Assembly: GCA_046292385.1 (NCBI GenBank)
Contig: JBKBRF010000006.1
Coordinates: forward strand, 1-64,000
DNA from: Armatimonadota bacterium
GTDB taxonomy: Bacteria > Armatimonadota > SYMT01
Direction: 5' to 3'
DNA length: 64,000 nucleotides
A program made the position numbers and the translations under genes. Positions 37,503 through 47,650 of the stretch are shown here, in pieces (the stretch's first letter is position 1; each line of letters begins with the position of its first letter). Under the pieces are notes generated by a model. The model searched no databases. It saw nothing but the letters and a program-made list of their open reading frames with translations, and was not told the DNA's origin.

Positions 37503-38804
37503 CTATTCGTACCGGAGCGCCTCGATCGGGTCGAGCCGGGAGGCCTTCATCGCGGGGTAGATCCCGAAGAAGATCCCCACCAGCGCGGAGAAGACGAACG
37601 AGATGATCATCGGCATCATCGAGAGCATCATCGGGAAGCCCATGCCGCCCTCGGAGGCCGGCCGGCCCATCCACAAGCCGGTGCCCACGCCGAGGGCGAT
37701 CCCGATGAGGCCGCCGACCAGGCTGAGCGTGACCGACTCGATCAGGAACTGGTAGAGAATGTCCCGCCGCTTGGCGCCGATCGCCTTCCGGATACCGATC
37801 TCGCGGGTCCGCTCGGTTACGGAGACGAGCATGATGTTCATAATCCCGATGCCGCCCACGATGAGGGAGACCATCGCGATCCCGGCGAGCAGCATCGTCA
37901 GGAAGCCGCTCTGCGCCGCGGCCCCCTCGGAGAGGTCGGCCTGGCTGAAGATGCGGATGTCCGGCTCGTCCTCCGGCCGCGTCTTGTGCGCCCTCGCGAT
38001 GGCGGCGTAGATCTCTTCCTGGGCGGAGGCCATCTTCGCCTCGGAGACCGCCTGCACGCTCATGCTGCCGAGGTAGTCGACCCCGAACACGCGGGTCATC
38101 GCGGTGGTGATCGGCACGGTGATCTGGTCGTCCGGGTTGCGGAACATCATGCCGCCGCGCTTCTGGATCACGCCGATCACGCGGAAGTTCTGGCCGTTGA
38201 CCTTGATGTTCTTGCCGACCGGCTGCTGCGAGCCGAAGAGCGTCTCGCGGATCTCGTCCCCGATCACCGCCACCTTCGCCTTGCGCTTGACGTCGTCTTC
38301 GTCGAACAGCTTCCCGGACGCCAGCGGCAGGTTTCGGATCTCGAAGTACTCCGGGCCGGCCCCGTAGATGGTGGTCCGGGTATTCTCGTTAGCGAACTTC
38401 ACGGTCCCGTTGCCGCGGTACTCCGGCGTCACCAGCTTGACGGAGGGGCAGGACTTCTTGACCAGCTCCACGTCTTCCATCTTCAGGTTCTGCTGGCTGC
38501 CAAGGCCCTGGCTCACGCCGCCGCGCTGCTGGCTGTTCGGCATGATCGTGAGCGAGTTGGTCCCGAGCTTGCGGATCGCGTCCTGGGTCGCCTCCGCCAC
38601 GCCCTGGCCGAGCGCCACCATCACGATCACGGAGGAGACGCCGATGATGATCCCCAGCATCGTGAGGAACGAGCGGAGCTTGTTCGCCAGGAGGCCCTGC
38701 AGGGCCACGCGGAACGCCTCCGCAAAGCCGAGACCGCTGCTCTTCCGGACCTTCTTGTCCACCGTCGGCAGCAGCGTGGGAGTGGCAGGGTTCGCGAGGC
38801 TCAT
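37503..38804 (-). CDS. MacB-type ABC permease
   Basis: [43 protein letters not shown] and PIEALRYE. Confidence 0.95.
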   Translation of the reverse strand: MSLANPATPTLLPTVDKKVRKSSGLGFAEAFRVALQGLLANKLRSFLTMLGIIIGVSSVIVMVALGQGVAEATQDAIRKLGTNSLTIMPNSQQRGGVSQGLGSQQNLKMEDVELVKKSCPSVKLVTPEYRGNGTVKFANENTRTTIYGAGPEYFEIRNLPLASGKLFDEDDVKRKAKVAVIGDEIRETLFGSQQPVGKNIKVNGQNFRVIGVIQKRGGMMFRNPDDQITVPITTAMTRVFGVDYLGSMSVQAVSEAKMASAQEEIYAAIARAHKTRPEDEPDIRIFSQADLSEGAAAQSGFLTMLLAGIAMVSLIVGGIGIMNIMLVSVTERTREIGIRKAIGAKRRDILYQFLIESVTLSLVGGLIGIALGVGTGLWMGRPASEGGMGFPMMLSMMPMIISFVFSALVGIFFGIYPAMKASRLDPIEALRYE

Positions 38805-39550
38805 GTGGTCACCACCTCCTGCGGAAGATCCGCATCCAGGTTAGGCAGCTTCTCCAGCTCTTCCATGGCGTCTTTCGGATTCTCGATCCGCTCGTCGGAC
38901 TGCACCAGGCCGTCCTTGAACCGGATGATCCGGCTGCAGTGCTCCGCGATGTCGAACTCGTGGGTCACGATCACCACCGTCTTGCCCTCCCGGTTCAGCC
39001 GCTGGAAGATCGCCATGATCTCCTCGCCGGTCCGGGTATCGAGGGCGCCGGTCGGCTCGTCCGCCAGGATCACCACCGGATCGTTCACCAGCGCCCGCGC
39101 AATCGCCACGCGCTGCTGCTGACCACCGGAGAGCTCCGCCGGCGTGTGGTGGTGGCGGGACGCGAGACCGACCGCCTCCAGCGCCTGCATGGCGCGCTCC
39201 CGCCGGTTCGGCATTCCGCTATAGAGCATCGGCAGCTCCACCTGGCGCAGCGCGCTGGTGCGGGGGAGCAGGTTGAACTGCTGGAAAACGAAGCCGATCT
39301 TCTGGTTCCGGACGTCGGCGAGCTGGTTGTCGTTCATGCGGGAGACGTTGATCCCGTCCAGCCAGTACTCGCCGCGGACCGGCCGGTCGAGGCAGCCCAC
39401 GATGTTCATGAAGGTCGACTTGCCGGAGCCGGAGGGGCCCATGATTGCGACGAGCTCCCCCGCGCCGATCTCGATATCGACCCCGCGGAGCGCCTGCACG
39501 ATCGTGGTGCCCATCTTGTAGGTCTTCGTCAGCCCTTCGACCTTGATCAT
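38801..39550 (-). CDS. MacB-type ABC ATP-binding protein
   Basis: [24 protein letters not shown] and ADEPTGALD. Confidence 0.95.
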   Translation of the reverse strand: MIKVEGLTKTYKMGTTIVQALRGVDIEIGAGELVAIMGPSGSGKSTFMNIVGCLDRPVRGEYWLDGINVSRMNDNQLADVRNQKIGFVFQQFNLLPRTSALRQVELPMLYSGMPNRRERAMQALEAVGLASRHHHTPAELSGGQQQRVAIARALVNDPVVILADEPTGALDTRTGEEIMAIFQRLNREGKTVVIVTHEFDIAEHCSRIIRFKDGLVQSDERIENPKDAMEELEKLPNLDADLPQEVVTT

Positions 39551-39599
39551 CTCTTCTCCAAGCTCCCGCGCGGAGATCCCGGTAGAGGCCGGTGCCGCC

Positions 39600-39712
39600 G
39601 TCTAACTCCAAACCCCCTCTCCCAGACGGGAAAGGGGGTGTCTCTGTTCTGTCGCTGCCATCCCCCGACGCTCGAGGGAACCGGGTGAGGCCGCGGCCAC
39701 GACCTCACCCGC
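39600..39712. repeat. Degenerate CCCCTCTCCC...GGG-type palindromic (REP-like) unit inside the exporter operon
   Basis: ACCCCCTCTCCC-AGAC-GGGAAAGGGGGT and GGGTGAGG...CCTCACCC. Similar motifs at 61047-61170. Confidence 0.5.
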
Positions 39713-39723
39713 GTTTCTCTCCG

Positions 39724-41565
39724 CTAACGGCCGCCGCCGCGAGGGGCTCCGCCGCCGCCGCCGCCGGGCCGGTTCCCGGCTCCACCGGGTCCGCCGCCGC
39801 CGGGCCTGCCGCGCTGCTGGTTGCGGTTTCCGCCGAACCGGTTAAACGGATTGAACGGATTGTTCGCTTCTTCCGCCTCCGGCTGGATGGTGCGGGTAAT
39901 CACCTCGTCGCCGTCCTTGATCCCGGAGACGATCTCGGTGGTGTCCTGCCCCACCACGCCGACGACGATCTCGAACTTCTGCGGCGCGCCGTTGACTAGC
40001 TTCTCCACGTAGTAGCCGCCTTCTTCGCCTTCCTTCACGCCTTCGTTCGGAAGGGTCAGCACCTTGCGGGCTTCGTCCGTGATGAACTCGCACGTGGCGT
40101 TCATTCCCGGCTTGAACCGCGCGTCGGGCCGGCTCAGCTCCACCGTCACCGGGATCAGGGTGACGTTCTGTTCGATGATCGCCTGCGGGTCGATCCGGAT
40201 TACCCGGCCGGACACGACCACGTCCGGATAGGCGTCGACGCGCACGTCAACCCGCTGCCCCGTAGCGACCTGGCCGATGTCGGTCTCGTCCACGTTGCAC
40301 TTGATCCAGAGCCGGGAGACGTCGCCGATCTGGAGCAGGTAGTTGGTGCTGCCGATGGAGGCGCGGCTGGAGGGCACGACGGTGCCTTCTTCCACCTGCT
40401 TGGCGATAATGACCCCGGTTCGGGGCGCGGTCACCTTGGTGAAGCCGAGGTTGGTCTCTGCCTGGTTCACCGACGCGTCACTCCGCACGATCTGGGCCTT
40501 CGCAGCCACGATCTCGCGGTCGCGGACGTCGATCTGCTCCCGTTCCGCCTGGGCAGACTTCAGGTCCTGCTCCGCCTGGGCTACCGCGGCCAGCGCGGCA
40601 TCGTGCTCCTTGGCCCGCACGTCGTTCTGCACCGCGTTGGTCTGCGCCAGCGTCAGCCCCGCCTGGGCCTGCTGCTCGCGCGCCTGGTCCGCCTCGAGCC
40701 GGGCTCGGGCCTCATCGACCCGTGCTTCCATTTCCTGGATCGCCAGCCGGTTCTCCCGCTGCAGCGTGTCCTTCCGCTGCTTCGCCTGCTCGTAGCTCGC
40801 CTTCATCGACTCGAAGCGGGCGTAAGCAGCCTCGACCTCGCTCCGGGCCAGGTAGCCCTGCGAGTGCAGCTTGCGCTGCCGATCGTACGCCCGCCTGGCG
40901 ATGTCCATGTTGGCGTCGGCCTGCCGCACGTTCGACTCGACCGTCTCGACGTTCAGCGGGATGGTCACTTCCTTGAGCTGCGCCAGCGACTGCTGGAGCT
41001 GGGCGATGCTCTTCTCCGTCTGCGTGACCGCCTTCTTCGCGGAAGCGAGGGACGCCCTCGCCTGCGCGATGTTGGAGTCAGTCAGCTTCGGCTGCGCTTC
41101 CATGTTCGCGCGGGCCTGGGCGAGCCGGGCCCTAGCGGAGGCAACCGCCTGCCGGGAGGCGGCGATGCGGGCGTTGGTCTGCAGCTTCTGCTGCTTGAGA
41201 TTGGAGACCGCCTGCGCCAGGCGAGCCTGCGCGGCGCGCCGGTCGGCATCGGCCTGCTCGTACGCGGTGCGGGTGTCGGTCGGGTCGATGTCCATAATGC
41301 GCTGACCCGCCGTCACCGTGTCGCCCAGGTCGACGTAGAGACGGTCGATCCGTCCGGAGACGTTCGACTTCACGTCGACCGTCTTCCACGCCTGCACCAC
41401 GCCGGTGGCGGTGACGAAGCTCTTCACGTCACCCACGGCGGCGGTGCCGAACTCGTAGGTGACCGCCTGCTTCTCTTTTCCGCCCTTGTTCGCGAACGCG
41501 AAGCCGCCGCCGACTACCGCGGCGATGACTCCAATGATCAAAATCCAACGAATGGCCGAGCTCAT
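39724..41565 (-). CDS. MacA-type periplasmic adaptor subunit with very long coiled coil
   Basis: N-terminal TM, VDVKSNVSGRI, APRTGVI, VDETDIG and KPGMNA. Confidence 0.9.
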   Translation of the reverse strand: MSSAIRWILIIGVIAAVVGGGFAFANKGGKEKQAVTYEFGTAAVGDVKSFVTATGVVQAWKTVDVKSNVSGRIDRLYVDLGDTVTAGQRIMDIDPTDTRTAYEQADADRRAAQARLAQAVSNLKQQKLQTNARIAASRQAVASARARLAQARANMEAQPKLTDSNIAQARASLASAKKAVTQTEKSIAQLQQSLAQLKEVTIPLNVETVESNVRQADANMDIARRAYDRQRKLHSQGYLARSEVEAAYARFESMKASYEQAKQRKDTLQRENRLAIQEMEARVDEARARLEADQAREQQAQAGLTLAQTNAVQNDVRAKEHDAALAAVAQAEQDLKSAQAEREQIDVRDREIVAAKAQIVRSDASVNQAETNLGFTKVTAPRTGVIIAKQVEEGTVVPSSRASIGSTNYLLQIGDVSRLWIKCNVDETDIGQVATGQRVDVRVDAYPDVVVSGRVIRIDPQAIIEQNVTLIPVTVELSRPDARFKPGMNATCEFITDEARKVLTLPNEGVKEGEEGGYYVEKLVNGAPQKFEIVVGVVGQDTTEIVSGIKDGDEVITRTIQPEAEEANNPFNPFNRFGGNRNQQRGRPGGGGPGGAGNRPGGGGGGAPRGGGR

Positions 41566-41822
41566 GCCGTAATCCTCACCACGCGGTCACCCCGGGGCGG
41601 TCCCAGATGGGGCGTGCACAAATGCGAAAGGCCGGGCGCGGCGGCCCGGAAGTCAACAAAACTGGATCTAAGGTGGAGGGGAGAGGAGCGTCCGCCATCC
41701 ATTGAGACGCCTCCGGACCGTCCGGGTTCACCGAAAAGGCTTCCTCGGCCGGCTCCAACCTTAGCATACGCACTTACGATCGACTTCGTTTGCAGGCTCC
41801 CGGTTCCCGCTGCTCGAAGCCG

Positions 41823-43298
41823 CTAGAGCCGTCCCAGCGCCCGGTTGAGCTGCGCCTGGGCGAGGTGCACGTCGTAGAGAGCCGAGATCGCGCTGTTGTT
41901 GGCGGTGGCAAACTGGACCTGCGCCTGGATCAGGTCGACCACGTCGGTCCCCGCCAGCCCCAGCTCGTACCGCGCGGTCGTCGCCTCCAGGTTCACCTGC
42001 GCGGCCTCCACCGCCAGGCGGGCCGCTTCCAGCCGCTCGCGCGCGTTGATCAGGTTCAGGTAAGCTTCCTGGACCTCCGCGGTCACATCCTTCTTTACCT
42101 GCTCCAGCTGCGCCACGTTGCTCTGGACGTTGGTTCGCGCCTCCTGCTCCCGGGCGTGGGTCAGGCCCGCGTCGAACAGCGGCAGCGAAACGACCGCGCC
42201 GACGGCGAAGTCGGCGCGCTGCAGCGGATTGTTCGGCTGCAGGTTGAAGCTGAAGCTGGTATCCAAGCGCGGCTTGCGGCCGACCCGCGCGATCGAGACG
42301 CCGGCCTGCGCCGAGCGCACCAGCGCCTCCGCCTGCACCACTTCCGGCCGCTCCCGCACCGCGACCTCGCGCAGATCCTCCACCGGAGGCACGACGTCGA
42401 ACGCCTCGCGCAGCGCCACCAGGTTGAGCGGGGGACCGACGGTGAGGCCCATCGAGTTGCGGAGCGCGTTCGCCGCCACGCGGAGATCGTTCTGGGCGGC
42501 GATCCGGTCGACCTGGCGGTTCCGGTACTCGGAAAGGACCAGCGCGCGGTCCGCTTCGGCGGCATTGTCCGCCGCGATGTTCGCCTCCACGCTGCGAAGC
42601 TGCTCCAGCGCCAGCCGCTCCTGCTCCACCCGCAGCTCCAGCAGCCGCTCGGCCCGGAGCTGTAGCAGGTAGTTCACCGTCACGTCGAACGCGAGGTTGT
42701 TCCGTACCGCCTCCAGGTTGGCTGCGGTGCTCTCCAGCCCCGCCCGCGCCTGGCGCACGGAGAAGCGGGTCAGGCCGCCGTCGAAGATGTTGTAATTGAC
42801 GCCGATGCGCGGCTGAAGCCCCTGGTCGAACTGGGTGTCGCTGGTATCCACCCGCACCCGCTGCGGCGGCTGTCCCGGAGCGCCCGGAACGGTGGTGGTG
42901 GGGGGCGGCCCGAAGAGGCCGCCGAAGTTGTTGGTGCCGCGGCCGCTGTAGCCGATCTCTCCGATGACCACGGGGAGCGTGCCGACCCGCGCCTGCCGAA
43001 TCCGCTGCCGCGCCGCTTCCACGTTCTCTTCCGCCACCGTGACGTTCGCGTGCAGTTGGTGGGCGATCTGGATCGCCTCCGCCAGGGAGACCGGCTCCAC
43101 CGCGGTGGGGGCGATCGGCTGCGGCTCCGGGGCGGGGGTGCCGGGCTGCGCGGCGGCGGGCGGCGCGGGAGGAGTAGGGGGCGGGTCCTGGGCGGGCAGC
43201 GCGGCGCGCGCCGGCGCCAGCGCTACGGCGGCGGCAACGAGGCAGGCGGGCCGCGTCCGGCCGCGGCGGTTTCTCCGTCGATTCATCCCGTGTTCCAC
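41823..43298 (-). CDS. TolC family outer-membrane efflux protein
   Basis: SLAEAIQIA, NIFDGG, RPEV, SLPLFDAG and RYELG. Start uncertain. Confidence 0.9.
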   Translation of the reverse strand: MEHGMNRRRNRRGRTRPACLVAAAVALAPARAALPAQDPPPTPPAPPAAAQPGTPAPEPQPIAPTAVEPVSLAEAIQIAHQLHANVTVAEENVEAARQRIRQARVGTLPVVIGEIGYSGRGTNNFGGLFGPPPTTTVPGAPGQPPQRVRVDTSDTQFDQGLQPRIGVNYNIFDGGLTRFSVRQARAGLESTAANLEAVRNNLAFDVTVNYLLQLRAERLLELRVEQERLALEQLRSVEANIAADNAAEADRALVLSEYRNRQVDRIAAQNDLRVAANALRNSMGLTVGPPLNLVALREAFDVVPPVEDLREVAVRERPEVVQAEALVRSAQAGVSIARVGRKPRLDTSFSFNLQPNNPLQRADFAVGAVVSLPLFDAGLTHAREQEARTNVQSNVAQLEQVKKDVTAEVQEAYLNLINARERLEAARLAVEAAQVNLEATTARYELGLAGTDVVDLIQAQVQFATANNSAISALYDVHLAQAQLNRALGRL

Positions 43299-43323
43299 TC
43301 CCAGACCCGATCACCAGGTCACT

Positions 43324-43350
43324 CTGACGCAGCCGCCAGGCGCCGGTTCA
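43324..43350 (-). promoter_or_regulatory. Candidate ECF-sigma promoter for tolC-macAB
   Basis: Minus strand reads TGAAC-N16-CGTC (TGAACCGGCGCCTGGCGGCTGCGTCAG), about 25 nt upstream of the ORF. Confidence 0.5.
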
Positions 43351-43523
43351 CTCGCTGTGCGATGAGCCTTGCGCTAGTGTAGTCACCATCACCGCGGCGG
43401 TCTACTGCCGACTGCGGCACCGACAGAATCGATAGTCGGCAAGGCGGGGCCGTTCGTGGACGGCAGGCGAGCGGCGGCTAGTCCGGAGACCGACATCCCA
43501 CTTTGCCGCGGAGCAGGCGAGCA

Positions 43524-43709
43524 CCTTCCGGGCCGGGAGGGACTTGGCCCCGCAAGACAAGCTCAACACTTGTCGTGAGGAGGAGCCCTCGGCGGCGGCT
43601 CGGAACCCGACGGGCGTTAAACCGGGTTTCGGTCCGGTTATCATTGCCGGAGCCGGGGATAACTTCCCCATAGGACCGGCGGCAGCGGGAGCGGCCACGC
43701 CGGCGGAGG
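43524..43709 (+). ncRNA. ssrS: Candidate 6S RNA (long irregular hairpin with central bubble)
   Basis: About 185 nt with nested pairings GCCGG/CCGGC, TGGCC/GGCCA, CCGC/GCGG, an open central region, GGAG/TTCC, CCC/GGG, CGGCGG/TTGCCG and CGGAACCCG/CGGGTTTCG. G-U pairs favour the + strand. Confidence 0.55.
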
Positions 43710-43778
43710 AAGACGCGGGTACGAGGCATCGCGACTTCTACGCCATCCGCAGGCCAAAGCGGACCCAGGAGCGATACG

Positions 43779-43961
43779 ATGGAACGGCAACCGCAGAGGA
43801 GTGAGCTCGACCGGAGCGAGGGGCAGTGGCGTGAGGAGGTCCGTCCCGGCCTCGTCATGATTCGCCGGCGCATCCGGAAGGACGACGGCCGCTACCTGCT
43901 CTACTACGATTTCGAGCGGTCCCCGGTAACGCCGGGCGGCCCGGCAGCCAACGGAGAGTAG
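43779..43961 (+). CDS. Small hypothetical protein (KDDGRYLLYYDF motif)
   Basis: GGAG RBS, and the stop lies 2 nt before the copZ start. An alternative ATG is at 43857. Confidence 0.5.
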   Translation: MERQPQRSELDRSEGQWREEVRPGLVMIRRRIRKDDGRYLLYYDFERSPVTPGGPAANGE

Positions 43962-43963
43962 AC

Positions 43964-44170
43964 ATGGCGGAAGTGGCACTGCACGTCCCGGAGATGCACT
44001 GTAAGGCCTGCGAGCGGAGCATCCGCGCCGCCCTCGAGCCGGCGCCGGGCGTCGGCGAGGTGCAGGTCGACCTCTCGAGCCGTCGGGTGAGCGTGCAGTT
44101 CGACGGGGCGGCGACCGACGTCAGCGCGATCAAGCGCCGAATCGAGGACACCGGGTTCGACGTCGCTTAG
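43964..44170 (+). CDS. copZ: Heavy-metal-associated (HMA) copper chaperone
   Basis: 68 aa with MHCKAC and terminal GF. Confidence 0.85.
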   Translation: MAEVALHVPEMHCKACERSIRAALEPAPGVGEVQVDLSSRRVSVQFDGAATDVSAIKRRIEDTGFDVA

Positions 44171-44295
44171 CCCGCCAGCGGGATCGCGGAAGCCGACCAG
44201 TCAAACCGTGTCGCTCGCGCACACCGCTTGTTAGGTCCGCAAGGAATGGCGCCGGCTCTCGCGGAACAATCCGCGGGCTCTACAGAGAGCGGCCC

Positions 44296-44313
44296 TTGTG
44301 ATAAAATTCACTT
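44296..44313. promoter_or_regulatory. Rex-type (or CRP-type) operator upstream of nuoA, abutting a TTGACG -35 hexamer
   Basis: TTGTGA-TAAAAT-TCACTT versus the Rex consensus TTGTGA-W6-TCACAA. An AT-rich island in GC-rich DNA. Confidence 0.65.
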
Positions 44314-44358
44314 GACGCGCCCGGCCGGGCGCTCAGGTTTGAGGGGAGATCGGGGAAC

Positions 44359-44736
44359 GTGGAGATACCGCGCGAGTACCTCTGGGCCGGCATCTTGCTC
44401 CTCATTGCCATCGGCATGGGGCTGGCAATGGTGGCGCTGCCTTCCATCGTGAGCCGCGTGCTCCGCGTCAACCGCCCGAGCGCGGCGAAAGTGGAGCCGT
44501 ACGAGTGCGGCATGCTGCCGATCGGCGGCGCGCGGGCGCGGTTCAGCGTCAAGTTCTACGTAGTCGCGATGCTGTTCATCTTGTTCGATATCGAAGCGAT
44601 CTTTCTCTACCCGTGGGCGATGGTGCACCGGTGGCTCGGCTGGTTCGGGCTGATCGAGGTGGGGATCTTCGTCGCCATCCTCCTGGTGGGGTTTGTATAC
44701 GTCTGGAAGCGGGGTGCGCTGCAATGGCAGGAATAA
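44359..44736 (+). CDS. nuoA: NADH-quinone oxidoreductase subunit A
   Basis: PYECG and [14 protein letters not shown]. Confidence 0.95.
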   Translation: MEIPREYLWAGILLLIAIGMGLAMVALPSIVSRVLRVNRPSAAKVEPYECGMLPIGGARARFSVKFYVVAMLFILFDIEAIFLYPWAMVHRWLGWFGLIEVGIFVAILLVGFVYVWKRGALQWQE

Positions 44737-45248
44737 CGACGACGGTCGACGGCAAGCTGACGCTGGGTCAGCAGGTGGGCCAGCAGGGTTTCCTGCTGGC
44801 GAAGCTGGACGACCTGGTTAACCAGATCCGCGCGAACTCGATCTGGCCGCTCACCTTCGGGCTGGCGTGCTGCGCGATCGAGATGATGGCGACCGGCTCC
44901 TCCCGCTTCGACGTGGCGCGCTTCGGCGCCGAGGTGTTCCGCGCCTCGCCGCGGCAGGCGGACCTGATGATCGTGGCGGGCCGCGTGAGCCAGAAGATGG
45001 CCCCGGTGCTCCGCCAGATCTACGATCAGATGCCGGAGCCGAAGTGGGTGATCGCGATGGGCGCCTGCGCTTCTTCCGGAAACGGGATCTTCAACAACTA
45101 CGCCATCGTGCAGGGCGTGGACGAGGTGGTGCCGGTGGACGTCTACGTGCCCGGCTGTCCGCCTCGCCCGGAGGCGCTGATCTACGGGATCATGCAGCTC
45201 CAGAAGAAGATCACCCGCGCCGGGCGCAGCCTGGAAGACGTGAAGTAG
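44724..45248 (+). CDS. nuoB: NADH-quinone oxidoreductase subunit B
   Basis: [17 protein letters not shown] and PGCPPRPE. Confidence 0.96.
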   Translation: MAGITTTVDGKLTLGQQVGQQGFLLAKLDDLVNQIRANSIWPLTFGLACCAIEMMATGSSRFDVARFGAEVFRASPRQADLMIVAGRVSQKMAPVLRQIYDQMPEPKWVIAMGACASSGNGIFNNYAIVQGVDEVVPVDVYVPGCPPRPEALIYGIMQLQKKITRAGRSLEDVK

Positions 45249-45266
45249 GCGGCGGCGAGACGACAC

Positions 45267-45821
45267 ATGGCTGAACAGCAAGCAACCGACACGACCGCCG
45301 CCGCGCCCGCGGCGCCGCAGATCGACGTGAGCCGCGAGCTGGAGCGGATTCGCGCCGCGCATCCGGAAGCGGTCGTCGACGTAGAGAAGGACCCGGCGCG
45401 CGGAATGGTCTGGATCCAGATCCGCCGCCGCTACGTGGTCCCGGTGCTCACCCTGCTGCGGGACGATCCGTCGCTGAAGTACACGATGCTGGCCGACCTC
45501 ACCTGCGTGGACAAGCCGTGGGAAGAGCGCCGGTTTACCGTGATCTACAACCTGCTCTCGATCCCGCACAACCGCCGGATCTTCCTGCGGGTGAAAGCGG
45601 CGGACGGTGAAGCGGTGCCCTCCGCGGTGCCGGTCCACGCCGCCGCGGACTGGGCGGAGCGCGAGGTCTGGGATCTCTTCGGCGTCAAGTTCGAGGGCCA
45701 CCCGGACCTGACCCGGATCGAGCTGCCGGACGACTGGGAGGGGCACCCGCTGCGCAAGGATTACCCCGCCGTGGGTCCGCAGCCGGTCATCCTCTACAAC
45801 GACGTGAAAGACGTGCTCTAG
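45267..45821 (+). CDS. nuoC: NADH-quinone oxidoreductase subunit C
   Basis: EREVWDLFG and GHPLRKDYP. Confidence 0.95.
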   Translation: MAEQQATDTTAAAPAAPQIDVSRELERIRAAHPEAVVDVEKDPARGMVWIQIRRRYVVPVLTLLRDDPSLKYTMLADLTCVDKPWEERRFTVIYNLLSIPHNRRIFLRVKAADGEAVPSAVPVHAAADWAEREVWDLFGVKFEGHPDLTRIELPDDWEGHPLRKDYPAVGPQPVILYNDVKDVL

Positions 45822-45872
45822 CCCGCATCGGCTCGACGCGACCAGAATAGCCGGGCCATCCGGAACCGTGTA

Positions 45873-47102
45873 ATGTCGAACACTACCGAAACCACCTCTG
45901 TGATGATGGGGACCATGCCGGAAAGCGGCGTGGCCGGCCAGGAGACCATGACCCTGAACATGGGTCCCCAGCACCCGTCGACGCACGGCGTGCTGCGGCT
46001 GGTCCTGGAGCTGGACGGCGAGACGGTAACCCGGTGCATCCCGCACATCGGCTATCTCCACACCGGAATGGAGAAGTCGATGGAGAACGAGCCGTACCAG
46101 CAGGCGATCGTGATCACCGACCGGATGGACTACCTGTCCGGGATGAACAACAACCTGGCGTTCTGCCTGGCGGCGGAGAGGCTCCTGGATCTGCAGGTGC
46201 CGCCGCGCGGGCAGGCGATCCGGGTGCTGATGTCGGAGCTCCAGCGCATCGCCAGCCACCTGGTCTGGCTCGGCACGCACGCGATGGACATCGGCGCGAT
46301 GTCGGTGTTCCTCTACTGCTTCCGCGAGCGCGAGATGCTCCTCAACTTCTTCGAGGAGATTGCCGGCGCCCGCCTCACGCCCTCGTACATCCGGATCGGC
46401 GGGGTGGCGCTCGACCTTCCCCCCAGCGTGGAGCCGAAGATCGCCCAGTTCCTCGGGATCTTCCCGGACCGGCTGGACGAGTACTGGACGCTGCTGGACG
46501 AGAACCCGATCTGGCGCGACCGTACGATCGGCGTGGCGCCGATGGGCGCGGACGACTGTATCCGGTACGGGGTGACCGGCCCCGTGCTCCGCGCGGCGGG
46601 CGTTCCGTTCGATCTCCGTAAGTCGAACCCCTACTGCGGCTACGAGCAGTATGACTTCGACATCCAGCTCGGCGAGAACGGCGACGTATTCGACCGGTAC
46701 CGCGTGCGGATGGGGGAGATGCGGCAGAGCATGCGGATCATCGAGCAGGTGATGCAGTCGATGCCGGACGGCGACTGCAACGCCGACGATCCGAAGATCG
46801 TGCTGCCGCCTAAGGAGCGCGTCTTCTCCGACATGGAGGCGCTGATCCACCACTTCATCCTGGTGACCCGCGGCTTCCCGGTGCCCCCGGGCGAGGCGTA
46901 CCACGCCATCGAGTCCCCCAAGGGCGAGCTCGGTTATTACATCGTCTCGGACGGCAGCGAGAAGCCGTACCGGGTGCGGGTGCGCCCCCCCTCTTTCTAC
47001 AACCTGCAGGCAATGCCGTTTATGGTGCAGGACCGCATGGTGGCCGACGTGGTGGCCGCTATCGGCAGCCTCGACATCGTGCTCGGCGAGATCGACCGCT
47101 GA
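45873..47102 (+). CDS. nuoD: NADH-quinone oxidoreductase subunit D
   Basis: GPQHPSTHGVLR, DRMDY and GEIDR. Confidence 0.97.
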   Translation: MSNTTETTSVMMGTMPESGVAGQETMTLNMGPQHPSTHGVLRLVLELDGETVTRCIPHIGYLHTGMEKSMENEPYQQAIVITDRMDYLSGMNNNLAFCLAAERLLDLQVPPRGQAIRVLMSELQRIASHLVWLGTHAMDIGAMSVFLYCFREREMLLNFFEEIAGARLTPSYIRIGGVALDLPPSVEPKIAQFLGIFPDRLDEYWTLLDENPIWRDRTIGVAPMGADDCIRYGVTGPVLRAAGVPFDLRKSNPYCGYEQYDFDIQLGENGDVFDRYRVRMGEMRQSMRIIEQVMQSMPDGDCNADDPKIVLPPKERVFSDMEALIHHFILVTRGFPVPPGEAYHAIESPKGELGYYIVSDGSEKPYRVRVRPPSFYNLQAMPFMVQDRMVADVVAAIGSLDIVLGEIDR

Positions 47103-47644
47103 TGCTATCCGAACAGGCCAGACAGAAGATTCGCGAGCAGATGGCCCGGTATCCGGTGCCTCGCTCCGCCCTCGGCTCCGCGCTCTACATCGCGCAGGAG
47201 GAATGCGGCGGCTGGGTGCCGCCGGAGGCGATTCACGACGTGGCGGAGGTGATGGGCCTCGAGCCGACCGACGTCCAGTCGATGATGAGCTTCTACGTGA
47301 TGTACAACAAGGAGCCGGTCGGCAAGTATCTGCTCGAGATCTGCCACAACATCTCCTGCGCGGTGATGGGCTGCGGCAAGCTGTTCGACGTGGTGCATCG
47401 CAAGTGCGGCATCGGCCCCGGCGAGACGAGCGAGGACGGTCTCTTCACGCTGAAGGGCGTGGAGTGCAGCGCGGCGTGCGGCGGCGCCCCGGTGGTGCAG
47501 GTGAACGGCATGTACCACGAGCGGATCACCCCGGAGCAGCTCGACACGCTGCTGGACCAGCTCCGCGCCGAGGGCGGCCCCCGCGAGAACCTGTACAACG
47601 CCGCGTACGCGCCGGAGACGACGCCGCGCCGCGAGGGAGCGTAG
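47102..47644 (+). CDS. nuoE: NADH-quinone oxidoreductase subunit E
   Basis: 2Fe-2S ligands CHNISC and ECSAAC. Confidence 0.94.
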   Translation: MLSEQARQKIREQMARYPVPRSALGSALYIAQEECGGWVPPEAIHDVAEVMGLEPTDVQSMMSFYVMYNKEPVGKYLLEICHNISCAVMGCGKLFDVVHRKCGIGPGETSEDGLFTLKGVECSAACGGAPVVQVNGMYHERITPEQLDTLLDQLRAEGGPRENLYNAAYAPETTPRREGA

Positions 47645-47650
47645 CGAGAC

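Noticed and set aside
43402..43979. Short ORFs overlapping the RNA candidate (43402-43698, 43478-43873, 43544-43804, 43641-43979)
   Set aside because: They have no motifs or RBS, and the region is better explained as structured RNA.
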